Shown here: piece by piece, positions 51,740 to 62,599 of the stretch
How the letters are laid out: each line of letters begins with the position of its first letter
Numbering within the stretch: position 1 is the first letter of the stretch
Assembly (NCBI GenBank): GCA_051294905.1
Contig: CM119373.1
Span: forward strand, 27,342,001-27,406,000
DNA from: Botryllus schlosseri
Lineage: Eukaryota
DNA: 64,000 nt
Reading direction: 5' to 3'
Position numbers and translations under genes: made by a program
The notes under the pieces: generated by a model
Told to the model about the DNA's origin: nothing
Seen by the model: the letters and a program-made list of their open reading frames with translations, nothing else
Databases searched by the model: none

Positions 51740-52950
51740 ACATTGGCACTATAAAATCGAACGTGCTGTTTTCTGTTGATGTTGTAAGGGAAAGCGAGTC
51801 ATTTAAGAAAAGAGATAAAAGACGGTTACGTGAATTTTTTTGAAAAGAATGTGAACCATTGAAATAACTAATCATCATATCAATCGTCCAAGTGTTAATG
51901 TGGTCCGTGGGTTTGAATGCATTCATAGGTAGAAGACAGAGGCATTCCCATTGCAAATGCGGTATTTATGTTACTTTCGCTGTCATTTACGGAAACATAG
52001 CACACACGGGAGATGGACATTGCTTTGTTGGCATCTATCATCCCCCGGAATATGTTTGGATTATCGATTGTGAAAGATGTATTACGTCAAGGCAACAATG
52101 AAACTATAGCAGAATAATCGCAAGTGACCCGAAATAAAGTAATCATACATTTGTTATTCAATACGGATTTTGTGCTTTGGTTTGAAGGCCCACTTCGTGA
52201 TTATAGCTTGTGCTTTCGAAACGGGGCAATCCGGGTCAACCTTCAGAATATATTGAAGCGCGTATAACCACAATTCCCGGGCTTAGCTTTCAGCAGAGAC
52301 GGAAGTGCAATGCATCGTGATCGAAAAGTGAAATCTGGTCTTAAGTAGTGGTCGAAGCTCCGTTATACCTCCAAACAGACGGATTGCGGCCCAGATTAAT
52401 TTTAAACAATGCGCCAACACCAAAACGTTCCGATGTGACGTTAGGATTGCTTTGGCCACAATCAAACTGATACTCAATACGTTCTGGACATGGCGCGGAC
52501 AAGATTAAAATATTTTGGGGCGCAATATATAGGCAAATACATGACGACCCAACAATAGCCAACATATTGTGCTATTGAGATTATGTTGTACATATATGAG
52601 TGGAAAGTACAAAAGTATCAACAAAACTTCCACCATAGCGTGTCGTGCAAAACAGGCCATCGAAACCTTCTGGTACAATATTTCGCCACGAAATATATCT
52701 CGATGATAATTTGTATATTTGCTAGTATTCACGCTTAGAATAGTATAGAAGCAGAGCTTTGTTCCAGAGAATGCTAATTTGCTCTCTACGCACCATAAGG
52801 AAAGACACAAGATTTCTATATGCAGTGTATGGCTCTTGTTAGTGCTACCAGCACGTACTGGTCAAGGAAGAATACGTTTCTGACACAGGCAATTCGAGAT
52901 ATGAAACACAATCGCCGCAACTATACGTGACGTAAACAATGGAAAAAAGT
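51740..52950 (-). pseudogene. Decayed GPCR, paralogous to the 62.6-63.9 kb copy
   Basis: FFLDQYVLVA (TM3, 52863); one frame open 52810-52283 apart from a single TAA; LLILLYFPLIY (TM4), AYILRPK, NVLSISLIVAKAIL..CLKLIW (TM5). May extend to ~53700 (VRRPN..FYVLANIV). Confidence 0.5.
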
Positions 52951-54717
52951 AGTAATTAATCTACACTGTCTAGTCGTCATTAACCTGTGGAAGTTTCTCA
53001 AAAACTTCCAGTTTTCCGTTAATCACTATTTGATCAAAACGTTCGCTTCACACGTCACTATATCGCATGTATTGGAGCAACGTTGTATGATATTTAATCC
53101 AAGTGAACCATGAGCGTGTCCCATTCGCGTCCAAGGCAGGAGGAAATCTCCCCGGAGTTTTCCAAAACGCAATACCAGCCAAGATCAATAATAATTGCTT
53201 TCGGGTAGTTTTTTTTACTGATAAGTAACCTCCATTCCATGATAGGACTCACTCCTAGTAGCGTCATCTAAATACCTAGGAGAGGCGTTCAACTTAATCA
53301 GCGTTTTTAATCAACTAGAATTGGAATTAACCTCGTTAATCTCTACTCAATTACAAGTAGAAGTAACCAATTCCAAGAAATCCAAACTGATTCAAGAGGA
53401 ATTAACCTCTTGACATTGAAATTCAAGAAACCAGATTGCAAATGCAGCACGAGGTGTTTAGGTAGGAATTCCAGAATTAGATATCACATTGTGCATAGAT
53501 ACACACAATATTGGCTAACACATAAAATAATGTGGTGTCTTGTTGCACGCCAATGTTTGGGCGTCTGACCTGATCTGAGTGCTTCCGGAATTTGAAGCTT
53601 CGTTGGTCTATGGACAACTGAAAATGACCGTTAATGAAAATGTTGGTTTTGTCAGGCATAGCCATGGAAGATAATGCCGTCAGGAGACGGTAACGCATGT
53701 TTGAAACCATGTTCCATTAGCAGGCCTACGGCACCACCATCGTAATATTTCCGATCGATTCTGATATGTTTGTAACATTATAGGCTGAAAATCGATAGTA
53801 ACAGTGAAGTAGTAGCAGTGGGGCAACTCTAAACGGCGGAACGAGCGGACTGCGGAACTAGCGGAACTTGCGATACTAAACAGCGGACCGAGCGGAACTG
53901 CGGACCGAGCGGACCGTAGCAAAATAGCTTAATACTAAACGGCGGACCGCGGAACAGCGGAACATGTAATACTAAACGGCGGACCGAGCGGAACTGCGGA
54001 CCGAGCGGACCATAACAAAATAGCTCAATACTAAACGGCGGACCGCGGAACAGCGGAACATGTAATACTAAACGGCGGACGGAGCGGAACTGCGGACCGG
54101 CGGACTATCACAACATTTACAATGTAAACAACGGACCGCGGATCAGGCGCATCTCGTAATTTTCTCAAGTGATCTTTTCCTGGACTTTGTTGAAGCTTAT
54201 ATTTTGTTGAAAATTTTGTCAAGCAATTTTATTTTGTCAAGTAATGTAATTCTTCTACGTCTAGTTATGAGTTACGACACAATTTTACTTTATTCCATGT
54301 CGTTTTGTACTTTATATGCTTTGTATTTCTAAAATTTATTAACTTTTGTTGTAATCTGTTGACACCGGACCACAGTGTCAGTTCTATGATAGAACTTCTA
54401 TTACCAATTTCATCATTTCAAAAGACTACAACACTGCGATACAATGAAAAGATAGGAAGTTGTCGAATGGACTGGGATCAGTTGTAATCAGTTTACACCA
54501 GAATACACAGATCAAAGGTACTTCATCTGATGTACCCGTGGGAAAATTAAGTCATTTTCAACTAAGACTGTGAGAACCATAGAAGAAGTTAACCAGCGTA
54601 GTATAGCCACTAGCCAGGTGACACCCATAATCTGACATACCTTCAAGCACTGATTTAATGAGCCGTTCGCAGTTTCATTTTACGTTCAGTTCGCATGGCT
54701 TAATCTATGAGACAAGC

Positions 54718-55010
54718 GGGAGAGATAGCGTAGTGGTAACGATAAGCGCCCACCAATCTGAAGGATCTGGTTCGATTCCCGTCGGAGGTTTATCTGGCTC
54801 CTCTTCGCCCGCCGTTGACGTTCTTACGGCGACAAAAAAGAGCCTAGAAAAAGACCCAACGAAAGAAAGCACTCACAAGGAATGGGAAGAACTAGTAGAA
54901 GTGGCCGCGGCTTAAAAAATATCAACACCGAAAAGAACTGTGACACCGAGCACTCTAGGCCGAGCGAGGTGGATGTTAGAATAAAGGATCGCCACTGATG
55001 CGTGTCGTTC
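54718..55010 (+). mobile_element. tRNA-derived SINE-like element
   Basis: A box TAGCGTAGTGG (54726) and B box GGTTCGATTCC (54769); no acceptor-stem pairing; 3' boundary approximate. Confidence 0.7.
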
Positions 55011-55829
55011 GACATCCTCCTATCTGTTCATGACATCGCATTGTGTCTTATCGCATTGTACATTGTGTGTAACTTGTTCAGATGAAAAATATAACCCAAT
55101 GATATTATATTAAGCATATTCATCTTAGTCTGCTATGACATTGTTCAGTCAGTCCACGATATGCGTTTGTGTAATATCTGTCGTCTGACCCGTCGTTTTA
55201 ATTGAGAAATCCTTCTGGTATTTGTATAGGAAGTTGTTATAATTAGGTTTTCCCTTACCAAAGTATCGTGTTCGAGCAAAAAACTACTTTCTAGATGGCA
55301 GAAAGTAAACAGTTCGTATTTTAACTTTAAATTAATCGGTTAATTTGGATATAGTCCAGAAACGTAACCACTAGAAGAGTGAGCAGATGAAAACCTACTG
55401 GCATGTTCCAAAATAAAAAAGTACTTTCCTTATTTAGCTAGATATAGACTAAGAACACCATCACCGACGTGATGGAAACATCTATCGAAAAGAGAGCATC
55501 AGAGTTAGCTAGTTACTTTTCATTATAATTACTACTCAAGCAGAAACATAGAAAATTCCCCTCGATCAGAGATAGTCGATATATACCAGGGGCTGCCAAC
55601 CTGCATCCGTAGAAGGAAATTTGTGCGGCCGTGGACACGTAATTAATTCAATTAGTATGTGTAGGCGGCCGTCGACATGCAATTTGGATTTACGAATTGA
55701 CTCCCGATTTCTTGAGATATTTTAATAAATCTTAAAATTTTCTTCGCGCTGCGCGCAATTCATGTGACTTAATTCGATTTTCGATTTTAATATAGTAGCG
55801 CTCTTTGCAATCAGAACTCCACCACACAG

Positions 55830-56082
55830 ATGCAAACAGCAGAGTAAAATGATTGATGCGCCTCATATAGAAATACCAACTCGGAATCGTGAGATCCTCC
55901 CTATACCAACAGTCAAGAAATAACAGCACGCAAAAAAGTGACCAATAACAAATGCGAACAGCAGGGGAAAAGTGCGCCTCATATAGAAATACCAACTCGG
56001 AATCGTGTGCTCCTCCCTATTCCGATAATCCTGATGGGAGGTCAAGAAATAACAGAATGCAAAAAAGTGACTAATAACAATT
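55830..56082 (+). repeat. Two-copy tandem duplication, 116-129 bp period
   Basis: gcgcctcatatagaaataccaactcggaatcgtg at 55858 and 55974; gtcaagaaataacag at 55912 and 56041. Confidence 0.9.
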
Positions 56083-56403
56083 GACCCAGCCGAAAATACA
56101 TCATCAACATCATTTATAACTTTCCCTAAATTTTCGAAAACACACCTCCATCAACTCTACCTGTGAATCTGATCACATGGACCGAGAAAGGATAAATGTT
56201 TGATAGTAATATGTAAAACTACTAATATTAATAATGAAATTCATCAGTGAATCTGAAAAATATTTCGTGCTCCGCGTGACTATGAACGGGCGCATAACAT
56301 TACCAGGACCACTCGCAGGCTACATGAGTAGTCGAAATGCGGCCGTGAATGGCATGGCCACCCCTGATATATAGGCCTACCACGTCTGTGTAGTGTTAGT
56401 AGA

Positions 56404-56615
56404 GTGCTGCATTGCAACCAGGACATCGTGTCTTGGGGTATGTTTCGAGTGTGTTGGTACTGTGTTGCAACCTGGACATCATGTCTGGGGAATGTTTGTG
56501 GTTTGTTCGTACTGTGTTGCAACCAGGACATCATGTCTGGGGTATGTTTGAGGTGTGTTCGTACTGCATTGCAACCTGGACATCAAGTTTGGGGTGTGTT
56601 GGTACTATGTTGCCA
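56404..56615 (+). repeat. 52 bp minisatellite, ~4 copies
   Basis: TTGCAACC(A/T)GGACATC at 56412, 56465, 56517 and 56569. Confidence 0.9.
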
Positions 56616-57504
56616 CACTTGAAGACACGCCATAGTTACCCTAGACAAGATGTCCTTATGTTCGGTATGCTCCTTATTGCTCAAAATGAATGGCCAGGAA
56701 TATCTAAAATTCCCTAGAAAGGCACCCTTTGAGAAATTAGGAGTATTGCGGCATTTGCGAGTTGCGCCTGATCCGTGGTCCGCTGTTTACATTGTGGTCT
56801 TTGTAGTAGTCCGCTCGGTCCGCAGTTCCGCTCGGTCCGCCGTTTAGTATCGCAAGTTCCGCAAGTTCCGCGGTCCGCTCGTTCCGCCGTTTAGTATTGA
56901 GCTATTTTGTTATGGTCCGCTCGGTCCGCCGTTTAGTATTGCAAGTTCCGCTAGTTCCGCGGTCCGCTCGTTCCGCCGTTTAGTATTGAGCTATTTTGTT
57001 ATGGTCCGCTCGGTCCGCAGTTCCGCTTGGTCCGCCGTTTAGTATTACATGTTCCGCTGTTCCGCGGTCCGCCGTTTAGAGTTGCCCGTAGCAGTGTCTT
57101 GTGTTTTCGATTCGTAGATTGTAAAGACAGGGATGACTAAAGAGCCATCAATGCTAAACAATGTTTCGGGCATAAACCAGCATATTTTCGGCCGACACTA
57201 CTCGGGGGCAATATAATCAGCAACTAGCAGAGATTCAAAAGAACTTTTTATATTAACAAGACGTTTTATATGTTTGTCTTTCATGTTTTGACGGCATGAT
57301 AGACGTACACTGTGTATGATAAAACATGATCTCTGCATATGCATACCATGAGTGCATGATGTGCATAGGCCGCTGGACAAGGAAGGTGCGGAAATAGCCT
57401 TGTCAGGCTTTCCAAGTCTTGCGCAAACTCTCCATGTTATTGCGGTAATGCTGAGTGTCAAGCGGGAAAGTCATGGATACCAGTGTAATTAATCAGGTAA
57501 GTTG

Positions 57505-57580
57505 GTCTTACCCAGCCGGGAATAAAACCCACGACCTACCTATCAAGAAGCTGGGCGCTCCACCATTACGCTATTTTGTC
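57505..57580 (-). mobile_element. tRNA-derived SINE head
   Basis: Reverse complement: aaTAGCGTAATGGtggagcgccc..GGTTTTATTCCcgg; resembles the 54718 head. Confidence 0.6.
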
Positions 57581-58598
57581 CTATCACTAAATATATGACG
57601 TCACCGGCATGAAAAAAACTAGGTGAACAGATGGCTTGGGTTCAATGTACTATTTTTAGATTTTACACGAACTCCTTCTGTTAGCACAACCTGGGTTGGT
57701 GGATTTTGATAAAAATCATAATGGACACGTGACGTCATATCATTGTTAAAAAAAAGACCTTCACAAATTTTCATCCTGGCTATACCTGCGAACTTTGTCT
57801 GGAATTTATGAAAATTGTATCAATAATTTCCGGGAGTATCCATTCACCAACAGTTTCGGAGCTAAGTGCAAATGATCACTCACGCTATCGGTGTCTCATT
57901 GTATGTTAGCCACGCGTTGCGTGCACTAAAACTTAATATTGTGTGTGAATTTGCATAAGTCGTTATGTATTTCAAGGGCTTCGTAATATACGATCGGCCT
58001 ATCATACCATTCTGCGCCTTACCAAATATTAGCTAATCTTAGCTAGGTATCGGAGTACGTTTACGCCTTCGCAAACAATACGCGCATGGAGAAATATTCC
58101 TATTTTCCATACGTGTGAGGTCTTGCACGGTCCCGATTATATAACTCTAATAATAGATGAAGGTGCGTCCCTATAATCGTGCGGAATATACCCGTATATT
58201 GACTTTATCCGACTGTGGCATCGGGGATAATTTTGCGGGCGGCAAAGGAAAATAAACGAATGACATTACGAAGATAAGTATCCCGTACCAACTGTAACGT
58301 TATCTTGCATAGATAAATGCACGTGTCATGGCCACGATCGGTCCGTAGAATAATTTCGATTTGAAATATTTACGTTTTTTCTTGTCGTTTGAAAGATGTC
58401 TAGGACAACGCGACTGAACTTTCGACTTTTTCCAAACGAAATTTCGCTACGTCAATTCGGACCTTCGACCGCATCCGTTGATCAAAATGTGTATTGGGAA
58501 AAACGATTCGCTCGGTTGAGCATCTCCCATCTTTCTCACAAAATTTTGATGATACTCAAGGCTTGGACTAAGATCCCCTTCGCTATGGATATGATTAG

Positions 58599-60637
58599 CA
58601 GGGTTGTAATGACTCGAGTCAGACTCGAGTCACGATTTTTTTTGTGACTCGACTTGACTCGAGTCATTTTCTTGAAATGGTAAAATGACTCGACTCGACT
58701 CGAGTCAATATTTGGACTGACTCGACTTGTACTCGAGTCATTACGCATGACTCGACCCAAGTCATTAACTCGGCTTATTTTATATGACTTGAAGATGAAA
58801 AAATTTGCGAATCGTAATGGTTGGATCAACGCATCTGACGAATTGTGTTGACATCGATATTTTTCACCACTGCTTTCGTTGCACTCGTCTGATATCAGAT
58901 ATGCCGCCGTAAAAACAAAAGACGTTGGTACATAAACAGTAGCAACTAGCAATGCATTGTACAAAATCATCCAGTGATGAAGAGGTAATAGATCCTCCGC
59001 AATCAAAGTACTCAAGAATTTTCAATTATACAAGCAAACAATCGAAGCAAAGTCCACTAGGGCCAATGAGATTGACTCACATGGTCAAGTACTTGGTTGA
59101 GACTGATAAGCTCATGTGTAAATTTGAAGGCGATGATTCTTTGCATTTTGGGGCGACTAGAATGGACGAGTATCCAATGCTCTTCAGTGTGGTTCAAAAA
59201 TGCTTTTCAACTCCTGCATCTAATGCACCAGTGGAACGTGTATCTAGTGTGGATTTATTCTAAGGTCATGCTGCCTTAACATATCTGAGGATCTCCTTTC
59301 CACTTTAGTATTTTCGAAGTGTAACTTATTGATTTGATATGCAGTCTGTGAAAACACACAATATCCTCCGTCCATTTGACGTTTTGTTAGGTATATGTGC
59401 ATTGTGCACGTGAGTAATAATGAATGGATAATGTTGTCTGATGTTTGTACAATTGGGCTGATCAAAATTAACTTCTTTTTTATTCTACTATCTGGCTTAA
59501 TTATAAAAAGTAGAATCAATGATACGAGAGGAGAAAATTTTGGATTTGAAAATAAATGGAGTATTTTTCGTGAGAAATTCTTTCATATAATATAATTATA
59601 TACGTCTGCTAGTAGTATAAGTCTACTATTTTATCATATCCAAAATATACCACTCTAATAACTTCGCTTCTTCTAGTTGGAATTGAGCCAAATTTGCTAT
59701 GAATCATATCTTTACACAATCTAACAATATCATGAGGTAGCCGGTAAAATTCAAAAGTCTGTATTTGTAATTAATCCAAAAAAATATTCTCTTAGCATTG
59801 CTTTCTACTGGTTGGAATTGAGCCAAATTTAAGTTCTTTTAGGATATCTAACAATTTTGAAGTAGCCTCCTCTTTGAGATTTTGTCCTCATTTTTGAGAA
59901 TTTTTGGTAAATTTAGGGCACATTCGACTAAGATACAGTAAATCAGCACTAAAGTAACGTTCCGGCAACTATTTTGGGAGCTGAGCAGGAAAGTTGACTT
60001 TTTTTGGTCAACCACCTGATAATGTGAAAGCAAAACTGTACCTCTACATAAACAATAAACATGCATCTGTTGATTCTCTACCAGCTGGTATCTAGACGTG
60101 AATTGGTTGGATCTCTATCAGATAGTATGTTGACGTGAATTCGTTAAGTCTCTATAAGCTATTTGTGAGCGGTCGTCGATGTGCTCGTAATAAAAATTGA
60201 ATGCTTGTATTTGTGATGTATCAGACTGACAAGACAGATATTTGATTTAAAGTTCTAAGATTAGTATAGTTATCATATTGGCGGCCTGTCTCGTCTATCC
60301 GTTGCATCGGTAAATAAGGCCAGGAACTGTCCGTTATTTACTAAATAAACATGTGCCAAGACTATGATAGGGACAAAATAAGCATGTTTGGCAAGCAAGA
60401 AATTCGATATCACCCAAGCAGGATTGACAACATAAGTTGAACATGACTTCAATACTGTGACTTGGACTCGGACTCGAGTCATAACACTATGACTCGGACT
60501 TGACCCTTTAAACGGTGACTTGGACTCGGACTCGACTCGGTGATGAATTGAAAATGACTCGACTCGACTCGAGAGTCAAAACCACAAAAGTAAGATTGAC
60601 TCGTGACTCGGAACCGTGTGACTTGGTTACAACCCTG
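58599..60637 (+). mobile_element. 2039 bp internally deleted hAT transposon with transposase remnant
   Basis: 11 bp TIRs CAGGGTTGTAA / TTACAACCCTG, perfect 8 bp TSD ATGATTAG, dense subterminal GACTC/GAGTC arrays; EYPMLFSVVQKCFSTPASNAPVERVSS (hAT C-terminal dimerisation motif) in ORF 58952..59263. Confidence 0.93.
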
Positions 60638-61136
60638 ATGATTAGGGTTACCATACGTCAGATTGTAGTGATTAAGGGCATAAATAGGAAGTTGGTGGTG
60701 AATGAATGAATGAATCGAAACGAATGATCATGCAAATTGCGCGGTTTAACGAGTCAGCTTGTACTGGTCGCTCGTGTGTCGTCGATGGAGGCCGCTTGAA
60801 CTCTAACTTAAATGTTTCCATGTTTCATATTTCCAGGCCTAATGTTACCTCACGAAGTTCTGAATATGTAGATGTTTTATTCATAAATCATCAATTTACA
60901 ATCCTGCAATATTTTGCATCTTGAAGATAAGGTATACAATTTTAAAATACCTATCGGACCAGCACCGCTGGATCAGCGGTTCAGAACCACTGTTCTAGCA
61001 AGCGTAAAATACTCAGATGTACCCTAATCATGATATATTATTAATGTTTCATATTAGGCAAGCCCCGAAGTCATAATTACAATGAGACCACGTGGCACAT
61101 GACAATTGGTCATAGTGTTGAAATGTACAATTAAAG

Positions 61137-61200
61137 GTGGCAAGAGCACTTTTCAACTCCTGTCTACGCCTCTGGCCATTCATATATAAAATGACTTGTG
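61137..61200 (+). pseudogene. Possible GPCR TM7 fragment
   Basis: ALFNSCLRLWPFIY resembles NSCLNPFIY; isolated. Confidence 0.25.
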
Positions 61201-61862
61201 GAATATACCAAATTGTGATTTTGATAGGTTTCGTGACAATGGAGCCAGATATATCTCGATATCCCTGCGATGTTACCCTGCGAAATTACGACCACATTTG
61301 TGTATGCTATTTGCAAATGTCTTACTTATTCAGGATCGATAATCAACAAACCCTTTGCAGCATTATCTCATTCCATGAATTAAATAAGTTACGGGGAGCT
61401 GTCACTTCATTTTGGCTACATCTTCGCGGTAAATCGCAGTAATTCGACTCCCTCTAATCTTCAAAAGTAACCGATTCTGGTTTTACGGTGATAAATGACT
61501 TCATCGGCGTTAATGGCTTACTTATCATGCATGCCAACTTTGAAGTTCCGTTCGTTCTCTATTTGACCGATTAGTAGTTGATATCAGGAGATAAACCAGC
61601 ACTTACGCACCCAGATGTGGGCTGACATCATTCGGATAGCAGTCAATATCAAAGTATTCGTGGCCGGGCCGTGAACCGTGACTCAAAAAGTTACGATAAG
61701 AACACGTATGAACCCCTTGCTAAATATTTAGTTGCTGTACCAAGGCTAGCTCTTCTATACTGACCACCAATGTACTGTTGACCACAAGATGCATCCAAAC
61801 CCGCGGTCGTGACGGTACTGTACTATAGGTCGTGAATCAGTGGATTTATTGTTTCTATAACG

Positions 61863-62029
61863 NNNNNNNNNNNNNNNNNNNNNNNNNNNNNNNNNNNNNN
61901 NNNNNNNNNNNNNNNNNNNNNNNNNNNNNNNNNNNNNNNNNNNNNNNNNNNNNNNNNNNNNNNNNNNNNNNNNNNNNNNNNNNNNNNNNNNNNNNNNNNN
62001 NNNNNNNNNNNNNNNNNNNNNNNNNNNNN
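61863..62029. other. Assembly gap
   Basis: Run of 167 N. Confidence 1.
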
Positions 62030-62267
62030 TTCTTAATCGGTTAATGGCTGAAATTCATTCATGAGTCGCATGGAAATTATAAATTGTAGGAAATTCCATG
62101 CTAAGGTCTAAAAAAATAATAAAAATCGAACTTGAGATAAATTGTATTCGAAATCCAGCTAAATATTTTAAATATCGCTTTTCATAGATCCATGGCTATC
62201 TCTACGCGCCTACTTTGATTTTGCAATCCAACCAGCCCACGAATTAAGCACCTCGAACACCAATTAC

Positions 62268-62400
62268 TAGGGATGGTGTGAACGTTAGGTTCACGTTCGC
62301 GTTCTGTGTGTGAACCTCAGAAGTTTAGAGGTTCACGTTCACAAACGAAACTTTGTAGGTTCTGCACTGTGAACCTTTTTCATTTATTAAAATTTTCACT
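62268..62400. mobile_element. Left end of a hAT-type element
   Basis: TAGGGATG terminus followed by GTGAAC/GTTCAC subterminal repeats; no partner end seen. Confidence 0.55.
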
Positions 62401-62599
62401 TCATTATAACATCTTTGGTTGGAATTTATTGCATTTAAACTGCGGGTCACTATATGCATGGCTCTGGCAGCATAAAAAACAACACTAAACGAGCATGGCC
62501 ATTGAAAATCTCTAAAATTTTGCTCGCACCGGAATCACACAACATCAAGAGCGAAATACACTACATGACAGGTAGTCAACGAATGATGTTTCTTCAACC

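Larger units (their letters stand above)
53821..57087. mobile_element. Complete 3267 bp Foldback/MULE-like non-autonomous element
   Basis: Perfect 9 bp TSD GTAGCAGTG (53812-53820 and 57088-57096); ends GGGCAACTCTAAACGGCGG / CCGCCGTTTAGAGTTGCCC; ~350 bp inverted arms (53821-54170, 56733-57087) built of AATACTAAACGGCGGA..GCGGA subrepeats with a 96 bp higher-order period; no transposase ORF. Confidence 0.92.

Noticed and set aside
54718-54790. Functional tRNA gene
   Set aside because: A and B boxes are present, but there is no acceptor-stem pairing or clear anticodon arm; better explained as a SINE head.
56404-56615. CRISPR-like array
   Set aside because: Whole 52 bp units are similar with no unique spacers; eukaryotic context; no cas genes.
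58536-59015. 159-aa minus-strand ORF
   Set aside because: It is an antisense read-through of the hAT GACTC subterminal array.
60634-60700. Hammerhead ribozyme core (CTGATGA; also at ~40646)
   Set aside because: No stem II followed by GAAA with pairing partners.
51519-60992. One 9.5 kb hAT element pairing the solo left end at 51519 with the solo right end at 60992
   Set aside because: The flanks (AACTGACT vs TTCTAGCA) do not form a TSD.
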